From IMG/VR virus record IMGVR_UViG_3300042402_003952: a DNA stretch of 64,000 nucleotides. One strand, written 5' to 3'. The notes below the pieces were generated by a model. The model worked only from the letters and a program-made list of their open reading frames with translations, was not told the origin of the DNA and did no database searches. Below, piece by piece: positions 17,828-28,374 of this stretch. Each line of letters opens with the position of its first letter. Position 1 is the first letter of the stretch. The stretch comes from a virus. Lineage: Duplodnaviria; Caudoviricetes. The translations under genes and the position numbers were made by a program.

Positions 17828-19507
17828 ATGGCAAAATTATTTGGATTCTCTATTGAGGATAACGAACCATTATCTCCATCTACAATTTCCCCCGTTCCTC
17901 CTAATAATGAGGACGGGGTTGATCACTATTTAGCAAGTGGTTTTTTTGGTTCATATGTTGACATTGAAGGTGTTTATAGAACAGAGTTTGATTTAATCAA
18001 AAGATATCGTGAAATGGCACTTCATCCAGAGTGTGATAGTGCCATTGAAGATATTGTAAACGAAGCGATTGTATCGGATACAAATGATAGCCCTGTAGAA
18101 ATAGAACTATCAAATTTAAACGCAAGTGATGGTATTAAGAAAAAAATAAGACAAGAGTTTAAATATATTCTTTCTCTCTTAGATTTTGATAAAAAATCTC
18201 ATGAGATTTACAGAAATTGGTATATTGATGGAAGATTATTTTATCATAAAGTCATTGATTTAAAAAATCCACAAGAAGGAATTCAAGAGTTACGTTACAT
18301 TGACGCAATGAAAATGCGTTATGTACGTCAACAAAAGAAATCTGAGAAAGATAAATATCGTCTTTCTAACATGAATAGTGATAATCCAATGGATTACGAA
18401 TTTCCTCAGATTGAGGAATATTTCATTTATAATCCTAAAATGTCATATCCAACTACCAATCCATCATCACTTGGAGGGAATGGCGGCGTAAAAATTGCAA
18501 AAGATGCAATTACATATTGTACTTCCGGATTGGTTGACAGAAATAAGGGATCAACACTTTCATATCTCCATAAAGCAATTAAGTCACTCAATCAACTTAG
18601 AATGATTGAAGACTCTCTTGTTATCTACAGATTGTCTCGTGCTCCAGAACGTCGTATTTTCTATATTGATGTAGGAAATCTACCTAAGGTAAAGGCAGAG
18701 CAATATCTTCGTGATGTTATGATGCGTTATAGAAATAAACTTGTTTATGATGCAAACACGGGAGAAATCCGTGATGATAAAAAATTCATGAGTATGCTTG
18801 AAGATTTTTGGTTGCCTCGCCGTGAAGGCGGTAGAGGAACAGAAATTTCTACACTTCCAGGTGGACAAAACCTTGGAGAAATTACTGATATTAATTATTT
18901 TCAAGAAAAACTTTATAGATCTTTAAATGTTCCTACAACAAGAATTGGTGGAGACAGTGGATTTAATCTTGGACGTTCATCTGAAATCTTAAGAGATGAA
19001 GTAAAGTTTAGTAAGTTCGTTGCTCGTCTGAGAAAAAGATTCTCTTATATGTTCCATGACATGTTAAGAACTCAATTAATTCTTAAGAACATCATTACTC
19101 CTGAAGATTGGGAGATCATGAGTGAGCATATCCAGTATGATTTCCTCTATGATAATCATTTTGCAGAACTTAAGGATGCAGAGCTATTGAACGAGAGATT
19201 AAATATGGTTCAAATTGCTGAACCTTACGTTGGTAAGTACTTCTCTCAGGATTATGTTCGTCGTAAAATTCTTCGCCAAACTGATATTGAAATTATTGAG
19301 CAAGATGCAATTATTAAAAAAGAAATCAAAGATGGAATTATTCCTGATCCTAGTCAACCAGTAGACCCACAAACTGGTTTACCATTAGATCAAACTGCAC
19401 AAATGGATTTGGGTCAACCAGTGATGGAACCGGATTTGGAAGCACAAGGAAAAACAACTGAGGCAAGTGGAAAACAAGTAGAAATGCCCAAAGGCGGTGA
19501 GATATAA
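17828..19507 (+). CDS. gp20: Portal protein
   Basis: YREMALHPECD.AI, KAIK.LNQLRMIEDSLVIYRLSRAPERRIFYIDVGNLP, PRREGGRGTEI. Confidence 0.98.
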   Translation: MAKLFGFSIEDNEPLSPSTISPVPPNNEDGVDHYLASGFFGSYVDIEGVYRTEFDLIKRYREMALHPECDSAIEDIVNEAIVSDTNDSPVEIELSNLNASDGIKKKIRQEFKYILSLLDFDKKSHEIYRNWYIDGRLFYHKVIDLKNPQEGIQELRYIDAMKMRYVRQQKKSEKDKYRLSNMNSDNPMDYEFPQIEEYFIYNPKMSYPTTNPSSLGGNGGVKIAKDAITYCTSGLVDRNKGSTLSYLHKAIKSLNQLRMIEDSLVIYRLSRAPERRIFYIDVGNLPKVKAEQYLRDVMMRYRNKLVYDANTGEIRDDKKFMSMLEDFWLPRREGGRGTEISTLPGGQNLGEITDINYFQEKLYRSLNVPTTRIGGDSGFNLGRSSEILRDEVKFSKFVARLRKRFSYMFHDMLRTQLILKNIITPEDWEIMSEHIQYDFLYDNHFAELKDAELLNERLNMVQIAEPYVGKYFSQDYVRRKILRQTDIEIIEQDAIIKKEIKDGIIPDPSQPVDPQTGLPLDQTAQMDLGQPVMEPDLEAQGKTTEASGKQVEMPKGGEI

Positions 19508-19535
19508 ATAAAAACGATTATTGATAGGTATTAAA

Positions 19536-19688
19536 ATGGATGATCTTATGGATATGATTGCATCTGACGAGTCACCCTCTCAGATTAGCGATAAAATTAA
19601 ACAACTACTTTTTGCCAAATCAGCAGAAAAAATTGATGAATTTCGTCCTACAGTAGCATCTAGTATGTTTGCCCAAGAAGAGGAATGA
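19536..19688 (+). CDS. Small acidic prohead-core-type protein (50 aa), not in the ORF track
   Basis: MDDLMDMIASDESPSQISDKIKQLLFAKSAEKID..RP.VA..MF; follows TATAAATA at 19503; occupies the gp67/gp68 position. Confidence 0.7.
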   Translation: MDDLMDMIASDESPSQISDKIKQLLFAKSAEKIDEFRPTVASSMFAQEEE

Positions 19689-19689
19689 T

Positions 19690-20010
19690 ATGAAATCTTT
19701 CAAGCAATTTATCTCAGAATCAGTTAATATTGCTGGCGATTTCACAGGAAATCTTTATATTGGTGCTCAACCAGAACAACCACAACAAGTCGGCGAAGGA
19801 TATGTTGCTGATGTTATGTGGCAAGGAAGTCTATATCGTTTAGAGTTAGTCACTAAAACTGGAGTTCCTTCTCCAAGAGAACTAGGTGAGCAACTGCAAT
19901 CTGATTATCCAGGAGCAGTTGTTCATCAAATTTATCCAGTGATGGAAAAAAACTTTAACATTAAAAACGTACAAAGATACCACCCATCAAAGTTAGAATG
20001 GATTGATTGA
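19690..20010 (+). CDS. Hypothetical protein with a capsid-targeting-like N-terminus
   Basis: MKSFKQFISES...; its WQGSLYRL...LGEQLQ..YPGAVV segment resembles a module in 11106-12947. Confidence 0.7.
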   Translation: MKSFKQFISESVNIAGDFTGNLYIGAQPEQPQQVGEGYVADVMWQGSLYRLELVTKTGVPSPRELGEQLQSDYPGAVVHQIYPVMEKNFNIKNVQRYHPSKLEWID

Positions 20011-20013
20011 TAA

Positions 20014-21381
20014 ATGGCTCAGTGGAATATAACAACTCAAGATTATTTAAATCAAGAAAGATCTCTATTTGAAGTTGTTGGAGTTGCAACAAGTGACGGT
20101 CAAATAGTTAGTCTCCAAAACCCATTTCCAGTTACTGGAACAATGGGAATTTCTACATCATCAACAGTATCAGTTATTTTACCTACAACATCAACTGATG
20201 CATTTGGTAGACAAAGGACATCATCTCCACTTACACTTTTTGATTCATCTCACAGATATAGAGATAATAATCTTTGGAGTGGTTTAATTGTCGGCAGTGG
20301 TTCTACAGTTGGTTTTTCAACAGCAGAAGGTTTGATTAATATGACTGTTGGGGTGGGAAGTACCGCATCAGTCATCAGAGAAACGACAAAAGTATTCTCA
20401 TATCAACCAGGAAAATCATTACTTGTAATGAATACAGTTGTAATGAACCCCAAGAAGACAAATCTTCGTCAAAGGGCAGGATATTATGGTGCAGATAATG
20501 GAATTTATTTTGAAGTTGATGGTTCTACTGTAAATTTTGTAGAAAGAAGTATAGTATCTGGAATTACATCAGAAACTCGCATACCACAATCATCTTGGTT
20601 ATATGATAAATTAGATGGGACTGGCACATCAGGTATTACATTAGATATTTCCAAAGCACAAATCTTTTGGATGGATATTGAATGGTTAGGAGTTGGAGAT
20701 GTAAGAGTTGGATTTATAATTGATGGTAAGTTTATTCTTTGCCACACATTCCATCACGCAAACCTAATTTCATCAACTTATATTACAACAGCATCACTAC
20801 CATTAAGATATGAAATTGCAAACACTGGAATTACAACCAGTGCAAGTACACTTAAACAAGTTTGTTCTACTGTAATTTCAGAGGGTGGTTATGAACTTCG
20901 TGGATTGCAACAAGCAATAGGAACACCAGTCCAAACACCAGTTGATTTAACAACAGCAGGAACTTATTATACAGTTGCATCAATTCGTCTTAAAGCAACT
21001 CCAAATAGATTAGATGCAATCGTAATTCTAACTGCACTTTCTATTTTAGGTATTACAAACAATGCAACCTATAACTGGCAAGTAAGAGCATCTGGAACAT
21101 CTAATGGTGGAACTTGGACTGATGCTGGTGGTGATAGTTCTGTTGAATATAAGATTGGTGGAGGAACTTATACTGGTGGAAGAATACTAGCATCTGGATA
21201 TACGTATGGTTCCAATCAAGGTTCATCATCAGTAGATATTCTTAAAGAGGCATTATTTAAGTTTCAGTTAGAAAGAAATGCACTAACTGGAACACCTTAT
21301 GAACTTTCTATCGTATGTGCTTCTGATGCCAATGGTGCAGATATTCACGCATCTATGGACTGGGAAGAAATCAGTAGGTAA
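20014..21381 (+). CDS. Putative virion structural protein (beta-sandwich/lectin-like)
   Basis: 455 aa, Ser/Thr/Gly-rich, inside the head module; DAFGR.R.S.P.TLFD and D.EWLGVG.VR.G motifs. Confidence 0.55.
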   Translation: MAQWNITTQDYLNQERSLFEVVGVATSDGQIVSLQNPFPVTGTMGISTSSTVSVILPTTSTDAFGRQRTSSPLTLFDSSHRYRDNNLWSGLIVGSGSTVGFSTAEGLINMTVGVGSTASVIRETTKVFSYQPGKSLLVMNTVVMNPKKTNLRQRAGYYGADNGIYFEVDGSTVNFVERSIVSGITSETRIPQSSWLYDKLDGTGTSGITLDISKAQIFWMDIEWLGVGDVRVGFIIDGKFILCHTFHHANLISSTYITTASLPLRYEIANTGITTSASTLKQVCSTVISEGGYELRGLQQAIGTPVQTPVDLTTAGTYYTVASIRLKATPNRLDAIVILTALSILGITNNATYNWQVRASGTSNGGTWTDAGGDSSVEYKIGGGTYTGGRILASGYTYGSNQGSSSVDILKEALFKFQLERNALTGTPYELSIVCASDANGADIHASMDWEEISR

Positions 21382-21421
21382 TTGCAATTTATAAATAACT
21401 AAAAGTGTACTATAAAAAATA

Positions 21422-21973
21422 ATGGCTCATAGACCAGTTGGAGCTGGAGCATCGTTTGCATTTACTGCAGGAGCTGCATCCACATCATCCACATTTTCAG
21501 TTCAATCAAGTGTTTTGAGAGTTGTCGCTGTTACTGCAGGTGCTCATATTGCAGTAGGATCAACTCCTTCTGCAACTAATGCTGATTATTATGTTCCTGC
21601 AGGTGGAACAGCAACTCTTGCTCTGACTAAAGCATCTAATCGTGTAGTTGGTGTAACAACAGGAACTACTACAATCGTAACTGTTCCAGAAGGAACACAA
21701 GTTCCATTTGGTGTTGGTGATTATGTCAGCTTAAGTGCAACAGGTCAATCATATTATGATTTCACTCATAAAGAAGTTTTGTCAGTGAATACTACGCAAG
21801 GAGTGAATGGATATTATCATACAAGAATGACGGTTGCACATAATTCAAGTGGTATTTCAACTGCATTTGGACCATCAGATGCATCAGTAACAGCATCAAA
21901 TAAAGTTTCTGCCTATGGTGCTGGCGCAGGAACTCTCTATTACCAACAAGTACAAATCACGGGAGACGCCTGA
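21422..21973 (+). CDS. Putative virion structural protein
   Basis: 183 aa, Ala/Thr/Val-rich; TATAAATA at 21390; overlaps the gp21 start. Confidence 0.6.
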   Translation: MAHRPVGAGASFAFTAGAASTSSTFSVQSSVLRVVAVTAGAHIAVGSTPSATNADYYVPAGGTATLALTKASNRVVGVTTGTTTIVTVPEGTQVPFGVGDYVSLSATGQSYYDFTHKEVLSVNTTQGVNGYYHTRMTVAHNSSGISTAFGPSDASVTASNKVSAYGAGAGTLYYQQVQITGDA

Positions 21974-22620
21974 TGAAACTCATTACGGAAGAAATCGAAA
22001 AGGTAGAAGTTCTTAAAGAAGGAACTGGAAAAAATCAAAAACTTTATATTAAAGGTCCATTCCTACAAGCAGAATGCGTAAATCGCAATGGACGTATGTA
22101 TCCCATGTCCATTATGGAAAGAGAAGTGCAGCGTTATACCGAACAGTACGTTCAAAAAGGACGTGCTTTAGGTGAACTTGGACACCCAGATGGTCCAACC
22201 GTAAACCTTGATAGAGTTTCTCACAAGATTGTTGAACTATGTCGTGAAGGTAACAATTTCATCGGCAAAGCACAAATTCTTTCAACTCCTATGGGTAAGA
22301 TTGCAGAATCTCTACTCAAAGATGGAGTATGTCTTGGCGTTTCTTCTCGTGGTATTGGATCACTAAGAGAAAACAGCAAAGGATACAAAGAAGTCGGCGA
22401 AGATTTTATGCTCGCAACTGCTGCTGATATTGTAGCAGATCCTTCTGCACCTGATGCTTTTGTTCAGGGAATCATGGAAGGTGTTGAATGGATATGGAAT
22501 AATGGAGTTCTAGAGCAAAAAGTTGCTAACTTTGAGAAAAAAATCAATATATATGTAGACAAAGGTATTCTAGAACAATATAAACTGAGTCTATTCAATG
22601 AGTTTTTAAACTCATTGTAA
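21973..22620 (+). CDS. gp21: Prohead protease
   Basis: MKLITE, N.NGR.YP, RALGELGHPDGP.VNLDRVSH, GVSSRG.GS, DIVADPSAPDAFV.G. Confidence 0.97.
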   Translation: MKLITEEIEKVEVLKEGTGKNQKLYIKGPFLQAECVNRNGRMYPMSIMEREVQRYTEQYVQKGRALGELGHPDGPTVNLDRVSHKIVELCREGNNFIGKAQILSTPMGKIAESLLKDGVCLGVSSRGIGSLRENSKGYKEVGEDFMLATAADIVADPSAPDAFVQGIMEGVEWIWNNGVLEQKVANFEKKINIYVDKGILEQYKLSLFNEFLNSL

Positions 22621-22676
22621 TTTATTAAATTATAAATAAATATAGTTTATAACGTAAGGTTAAACGGAGAGTTCAA

Positions 22677-23828
22677 ATGTCTCGTGGAGATTTACAAGAA
22701 ATGGAAGTAGGCACAAAGCAATCCAGAACCGCTGTTAATGCTAATGCAAAAGCAGCGGATGCAATGCCACATCTTTCTGGCGCAACGCCAGGACAAACTG
22801 GAGGATGGGAAGATCTTGGAGGACCAGATCCTTCCAATTATCGTCCAGATGATGATTCGGCAAGGCTGAAAACCCCAGGCGCAACTCTTAAGCAAGTTAA
22901 GGATGTTGTGAATAAGAGTGCTAAGCCAGCTGAAGCAATGAAAGGTGTAAAAGAAGAAGAAGAACTCGAAGATGAAGACCTCATCGAGGAAGAGAATGAA
23001 GAATATGATGAAGAAGAGATTGTAGAAGCAAAGCACAAAAATGATGATGAAGAAGATGATGAAGATGATGAAGAAGATGAAGATGAAGAAGAAGTAGAGG
23101 AAGAGTTTGACATCGATGAAGATGTAAATGCTCTTCTTGAAGGCGAAAATCTTTCCGAAGAGTTTCAAGATAAGGCACGTACCATCTTCGAAGCTGCTCT
23201 TCGCTCTAAAGTTTTTCAGATTCAAGAAAAAATTGAAGAGCAGTATGCAGTTGCTCTCGCAGAGGAAGTTGAAGAAATTAAGACTGAACTTGCAGAGCGC
23301 GTAGACTCTTATTTAGAGTATGTTGCTGATGAGTGGTTTAATGAAAACTCACTCGTAATCGAAAATGGTCTTAAGACCGAGATGACCGAATCATTCCTCC
23401 AAGGAATGAAGGGTCTTTTTGAAGAACATTATGTAACAATCCCTGAAGATAAATATGATGTGCTTGAGAGCATGGTAGAAAAACTTGATGATATGGAGAC
23501 AAAACTCAACGAGCAAATTGAGAAAAACGTTTTCCTAAACAAGCGTCTCGCAGAGTCGGTTGCTGATGGAATCTTTGAACAGGTCGCTGATGGTCTTGCA
23601 GACACTCAGAAAGACAAGCTCGCTTCACTTGCCGAAAGTGTTGAGTTTGAAAGTGAAATAGAATATCGTGAAAAACTGGAGACATTGAAGGAATCATATT
23701 TTCCTTCAAGAGTAGTTTCTCCATTGGCTAAAACTGAAACTCTATCGGAAAGCACCGAAATGACACCAGAACATGTTTCTGATTCAATGGCTGCTTATCT
23801 GAAGACTCTTTCAGCATTCAGCAAATAA
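22677..23828 (+). CDS. gp22: Prohead core scaffold protein
   Basis: Acidic tract, LSEEF..KA.TIFEAA, YLEYVA.EW..EN, YRE.LETLKESYF. Confidence 0.95.
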   Translation: MSRGDLQEMEVGTKQSRTAVNANAKAADAMPHLSGATPGQTGGWEDLGGPDPSNYRPDDDSARLKTPGATLKQVKDVVNKSAKPAEAMKGVKEEEELEDEDLIEEENEEYDEEEIVEAKHKNDDEEDDEDDEEDEDEEEVEEEFDIDEDVNALLEGENLSEEFQDKARTIFEAALRSKVFQIQEKIEEQYAVALAEEVEEIKTELAERVDSYLEYVADEWFNENSLVIENGLKTEMTESFLQGMKGLFEEHYVTIPEDKYDVLESMVEKLDDMETKLNEQIEKNVFLNKRLAESVADGIFEQVADGLADTQKDKLASLAESVEFESEIEYREKLETLKESYFPSRVVSPLAKTETLSESTEMTPEHVSDSMAAYLKTLSAFSK

Positions 23829-23884
23829 TTGAATTTAATATAATTCAAACACAAAAACGCACTTTAGTAAAAGGTAAAAAGCAA

Positions 23885-25321
23885 ATGTTCCATTCCGAGC
23901 ATCTGCAGGAAAAGTGGGCACCTCTCCTCAACTATGAGGGTCTTGATCCAATCAAAGATTCGCATCGTAAGGCTGTAACCGCTGTCCTGCTAGAAAACCA
24001 AGAAAGATTTTTAAGAGAAGAGCAGTCATTCCAAGCTGGAAATCTATCCAACTTAATGGAATCACCAACCATGTCAGCTAACGCTGCTGGTGCTGGTGGT
24101 GGTTTCGGTGGTGGTGCTGGTCTTGCTGCTGGTCCTAACGCTGGTTTCGATCCCGTTCTGATCTCACTGATCAGACGTTCAATGCCTAACCTGGTCGCTT
24201 ATGACCTCGCTGGCGTTCAACCAATGAGTGGTCCTACTGGACTCATCTTTGCAATGCGTTCTCAGTACTACAAAGAAGGCGCAAGAAGTGAAGCCTTCTA
24301 TAATGAAGCTGATAGTGCATTCTCTGGTCAGGATTATGGATTTGACGAATCTGCTGGATTTACCGATGCCAACGTTGGTATGGGTACTACCACTCAATCG
24401 GGTAGCAATCCAAGCGTATTAAACCCAGTTGGAACTGGTTCATCACTTGGATATAATGTAGGCCAAGGAATGGTCACCGGTGATGCAGAGAACCTTGACG
24501 GTTCTGCGAATGATGCATTCAACCAGATGGCTTTCTCGATCGAGAAAGTTACTGTTACTGCAAAGTCACGCGCACTGAAGGCTGAGTACTCACTTGAGCT
24601 TGCTCAAGACCTTAAGGCAATCCATGGTCTGAATGCTGAAGCGGAACTCGCAAACATTCTCTCAACTGAGATTCTTGCCGAGATCAACCGCGAAGTTATC
24701 AGAACCATCTATAAGGTTGCTGAGCAAGGTGCTGTACAAAACGTTGCAACTCCTGGTATTTTCGACCTAGACATCGACTCCAATGGTCGTTGGTCTGTTG
24801 AGAAGTTCAAGGGTCTTCTGTTCCAGATTGAGCGTGATGCTAACGCAATCGCTCAGAGAACTCGTCGTGGAAAGGGCAACATCATCATGTGCTCTGCTGA
24901 CGTTGCTTCAGCACTGACCATGGCTGGTGTTCTCGATTACACCCCAGCACTCAACGCTAACCTGAACGTTGATGATACTGGCAATACTTTTGCTGGTACT
25001 CTGATGGGCAAATTCCGCGTCTACATCGACCCATATTCTGCTAACCTAACTTCCGCAAACGGAACTCCAGGCAACCAGTACTATGTTGTTGGTTATAAGG
25101 GTTCTTCACCTTATGACGCTGGACTCTTCTATTGTCCTTATGTTCCTCTCCAAATGGTTCGTGCCGTTGGTGAGAACTCCTTCCAGCCTAAGATTGGCTT
25201 TAAGACCCGTTATGGTCTTGTTGCTAACCCATTTGCAGAAGGAACCAATCAGGGTCTTGGCCGTCTTCAGACCAACCAGAACCGTTATTACAGACGTGTT
25301 GCTGTGAAAAATCTCATGTGA
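23885..25321 (+). CDS. gp23: Major capsid protein
   Basis: EKWAPLL, FDPVLISLIRRSMPNL.AYD.AGVQPM.GPTGLIFAMRS, SRALKAEYS.ELAQDLKA.HG, FQPKIGFKTRYG. Confidence 0.99.
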   Translation: MFHSEHLQEKWAPLLNYEGLDPIKDSHRKAVTAVLLENQERFLREEQSFQAGNLSNLMESPTMSANAAGAGGGFGGGAGLAAGPNAGFDPVLISLIRRSMPNLVAYDLAGVQPMSGPTGLIFAMRSQYYKEGARSEAFYNEADSAFSGQDYGFDESAGFTDANVGMGTTTQSGSNPSVLNPVGTGSSLGYNVGQGMVTGDAENLDGSANDAFNQMAFSIEKVTVTAKSRALKAEYSLELAQDLKAIHGLNAEAELANILSTEILAEINREVIRTIYKVAEQGAVQNVATPGIFDLDIDSNGRWSVEKFKGLLFQIERDANAIAQRTRRGKGNIIMCSADVASALTMAGVLDYTPALNANLNVDDTGNTFAGTLMGKFRVYIDPYSANLTSANGTPGNQYYVVGYKGSSPYDAGLFYCPYVPLQMVRAVGENSFQPKIGFKTRYGLVANPFAEGTNQGLGRLQTNQNRYYRRVAVKNLM

Positions 25322-25342
25322 TTTAAATTCACAGAGTTATTC

Positions 25343-25370
25343 AGAGGATCCTTCGGGATCCTCTTTTTTT
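25343..25370 (+). terminator. Intrinsic terminator with a UUCG tetraloop after gp23
   Basis: AGAGGATCC-TTCG-GGATCCTCT followed by a T run. Confidence 0.95.
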
Positions 25371-25388
25371 ATCTAAATAATTAAAAAA

Positions 25389-25949
25389 ATGGCAACGAAC
25401 ATTTTTAAAAACCAGATAAAAAATAGAAACTTTTTATCTCCAGTTGGGTTTAAATTTATCTTAAATAGGGCACCAAAAACTGCTTTTTTTAGTAATTCGG
25501 CAAATATACCAGGATTAACTTTAGGTATTGCAAATCAACCAACATATCTAAGAGATATTCCTCAACCTGGGGAAAAAATAGATTTCGAAGATTTTACTCT
25601 TCGATTTTTAGTTGATGAAGATTTAGAAAACTACAATGAAATTTCCAATTGGATTCGCGGTCTTGGATTTCCAGAATCATTAGAAGAAATTTACAATTTA
25701 CAAGCATCAAATCCAAATTTAGATCAACCGACAAAAGGACAGTTAAATTTGTATTCTGATGGAACATTAAATGTTCTTACAAGCAGCCAAAATACAAACT
25801 TTAAAATTAAATTTAAAGATTTATTTCCGTACAATTTGACAACGTTACAATTTGATGCTACAGACACTGATATTCAATACTTTACAGCAGAGGTATCTTT
25901 CAAGTATACTATGTTCAATATAACTGATTTAAATGGTGATCCTTTATGA
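25389..25949 (+). CDS. gp3: Tail completion / sheath stabilizer protein
   Basis: NFLSPVGFKF, ANIPGLTLG, F.DFTLRFLVDEDLENY, F.DLFP.SL.TL.FD; CTAAATA at 25373. Confidence 0.9.
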   Translation: MATNIFKNQIKNRNFLSPVGFKFILNRAPKTAFFSNSANIPGLTLGIANQPTYLRDIPQPGEKIDFEDFTLRFLVDEDLENYNEISNWIRGLGFPESLEEIYNLQASNPNLDQPTKGQLNLYSDGTLNVLTSSQNTNFKIKFKDLFPYNLTTLQFDATDTDIQYFTAEVSFKYTMFNITDLNGDPL

Positions 25950-26383
25950 GTTTTGATCTTGATACCATTCAAAAAATGTGGGAACAAGATTCTAAGATGG
26001 ACATTGATAATCTTCATACAGAATCTTTAAATATTCCCATTCTTCATGCAAAATATTTTGAACTTTATAATACTATATTTCTCTTAAGAAAAAAGGCGGA
26101 ACAACAAAAAAGAAATATCAGACACGAAAGATATGAATATTATTCGGGTAAAGCAGATCCAGAAATATATGTAGATAATCCCTTTCCAAAGAAAATTCGT
26201 GATAAAGATACGATGCAAAAATATCTTGATGCGGATGAGAAATTATCTACAGTGTGTCTAAAGATAGATTATTATGATACTATGTTGGTTTATATTGAAA
26301 GCATTCTCAAAATGATTCAGAATAGGACATATCAAATTAAAAATTCAATTGAGTTTGTTCGTTTTCAGTCTGGACTAGGGTAA
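25946..26383 (+). CDS. uvsY: Recombination mediator
   Basis: MW.QDS.MD.DNL..ES..IP.LH.KY, YYSGKA, NR.YQIKN.IE...F..G. Confidence 0.93.
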   Translation: MSFDLDTIQKMWEQDSKMDIDNLHTESLNIPILHAKYFELYNTIFLLRKKAEQQKRNIRHERYEYYSGKADPEIYVDNPFPKKIRDKDTMQKYLDADEKLSTVCLKIDYYDTMLVYIESILKMIQNRTYQIKNSIEFVRFQSGLG

Positions 26384-26416
26384 ATAAATACTCATAGCAA
26401 TCATAATGCTATGAGT
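26381..26416 (+). promoter_or_regulatory. Late promoter followed by a hairpin burying the uvsW start codon
   Basis: TAAATAAATA, then actcatagca (26390-99) / tgctATGagt (26407-16), a perfect 10-bp inverted repeat. Confidence 0.65.
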
Positions 26417-27877
26417 GACGTAATTATTGAAAAGAAAAATGAAGTTTTCCTAAAACTTCAATGCGAACCACATATTCTACATGAACTTCAACCATATTTT
26501 ACTTTTGAAGTTGAGTCTGCAAAATTCATGTCTCAGTATAGAAGCCGACACTGGGACGGAAAAATCAGACTACTAAGCACTCACACCGGAGAAATTTATG
26601 CCGGATTGCTTGATAAGGTAATTGACAAACTTTCTATACACAACTATCAATATCAGTTCAAAGAAAATAAATTCTATGGACAACCTTTTGAGGTAAATGA
26701 AAATATCTCATATGAAGGTGTCAAGGATTATATGGCATCTATATGTTCTCATTCTCCACGTCAATATCAAATTGAGGGAGTATATGATGCTTTAAGACAC
26801 AACCGAAAACTGCTGATATCACCAACTGCCTCAGGCAAATCTCTGATGATTTATTCAATCGTAAGATATTATGTAGATAAAGGACAAAAAATTCTTTTAG
26901 TTGTTCCGACGACATCGCTAGTAGAGCAGATGTATAAGGATTTTCAGGATTATGGTTGGGATGTTGATTCATATTGTCACAGAATCTATTCTGGTAGAGA
27001 AAAAACAAATGAACATCCGGTTACGATTACTACTTGGCAATCTGTTTATAAATTAGAGCGTTCATTCTTTGAAGATTATAGCGTAATTATAGGAGATGAG
27101 GCTCATTTATTCAAGAGCAAATCTCTTATTGAAATTATGACAAAACTTCATCATGCAAAGTATCGGTTTGGATTTACTGGAACTCTAGATGGAACTCAAA
27201 CCCACAAATGGGTTCTTGAAGGATTGTTTGGTCCGTCATATAAAGTAACCAAAACTGATGAACTGATGAGACAAGGACATCTTTCGCAATTAGATATTCA
27301 GTGCATTGTTCTCAAACATCCACCGCAAAAATTTGAAAACTATGAAGATGAAATACAATATCTAATATCACACGAACAAAGAAATAAATTTATTACAAAT
27401 CTTTCTTTGGATTTAAAAGGAAACACTTTGGTATTATTTTCTAGAGTAGAGGCACATGGAGCAATACTCTACGAAAAGATAAATACTAATAAGCGAGGTG
27501 ATCGTAAAGTATTTTTCATTCATGGTGGTGTTGATACCGAAGAAAGAGAATTAGTCAGAGAAATTACAGAGAGAGAAAACAATGCAATCATCGTTGCTTC
27601 TTACGGCACTTTTTCTACTGGTATTAACATTAGAAATCTACATAACGTTATCTTTGCTTCCCCTAGTAAATCAAGAATCCGAAATCTCCAATCAATCGGA
27701 AGAGTTTTAAGAAAAGGAAGAAATAAAACTAAAGCGGTTCTTTACGATATTGCTGATGATTGTAGTTATAATTCTAGGAAAAATTATACTTTAAATCACC
27801 TTATTGAAAGAATCAAAATCTATAATGAAGAAAATTTTAACTATGAAATAACCACCATACAACTTAAGAAAAAATGA
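26411..27877 (+). CDS. uvsW: SF2 RNA-DNA/DNA helicase
   Basis: SPTASGKS, DEAH, GFTGTL, ASYGTFSTGINI, QSIGRVLR. Confidence 0.97.
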   Translation: MSDVIIEKKNEVFLKLQCEPHILHELQPYFTFEVESAKFMSQYRSRHWDGKIRLLSTHTGEIYAGLLDKVIDKLSIHNYQYQFKENKFYGQPFEVNENISYEGVKDYMASICSHSPRQYQIEGVYDALRHNRKLLISPTASGKSLMIYSIVRYYVDKGQKILLVVPTTSLVEQMYKDFQDYGWDVDSYCHRIYSGREKTNEHPVTITTWQSVYKLERSFFEDYSVIIGDEAHLFKSKSLIEIMTKLHHAKYRFGFTGTLDGTQTHKWVLEGLFGPSYKVTKTDELMRQGHLSQLDIQCIVLKHPPQKFENYEDEIQYLISHEQRNKFITNLSLDLKGNTLVLFSRVEAHGAILYEKINTNKRGDRKVFFIHGGVDTEERELVREITERENNAIIVASYGTFSTGINIRNLHNVIFASPSKSRIRNLQSIGRVLRKGRNKTKAVLYDIADDCSYNSRKNYTLNHLIERIKIYNEENFNYEITTIQLKKK

Positions 27878-28374
27878 ACTATTACACTTACGCATACCTT
27901 AGAGAAGATGGAACTCCTTATTATATTGGTAAAGGAAAAGATAATCGTATTCATTCAAAATCTAATAGGATTTTTAATCCCCCATCAAAAGAAAGAAGAA
28001 TATTCTTAAAGAAAAATTTAACAGAAGAAGATGCATTTAAACATGAAGTTTACATGATATCAATTCTTGGGAGAAAGGATTTGGAAACTGGAATTCTTCA
28101 CAACAAATCTAATGGTGGAATAGGTGGTGGTGCTATGAAGGGAAAAATTCAAAGTGAAGAAACTAAAATTAAAATCGGTAATGCAAATAGAGGAAGAATT
28201 CACTCAAAAAAATCAAGAGAAAATATGAGTAAATCTCATTTAGGAAAACCTAATCCAAAATCTGGTGCATCCAGGAGAGGCAAACCATTATCAGAAGAAC
28301 ACAGAAAAAATAAAAGTGAAGCAGCAAAGTTATGGTGGAAGAAAAGAAAGGAGGAACAACTAAATGGGAATTGA
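27874..28374 (+). mobile_element. Free-standing GIY-YIG-type homing endonuclease with NUMOD3-like repeats
   Basis: YYTYAYLREDGTPYYIGKG..R, E..AF.HE, N.S.GG; HSEETK.KI and HS.KSRE.MS repeats. Confidence 0.8.

Noticed and set aside
22940-23115. GAA/GAT-rich low-complexity tract in gp22 and its poly-Ser antisense ORFs
   Set aside because: This is the normal acidic linker of T4-type scaffold proteins.
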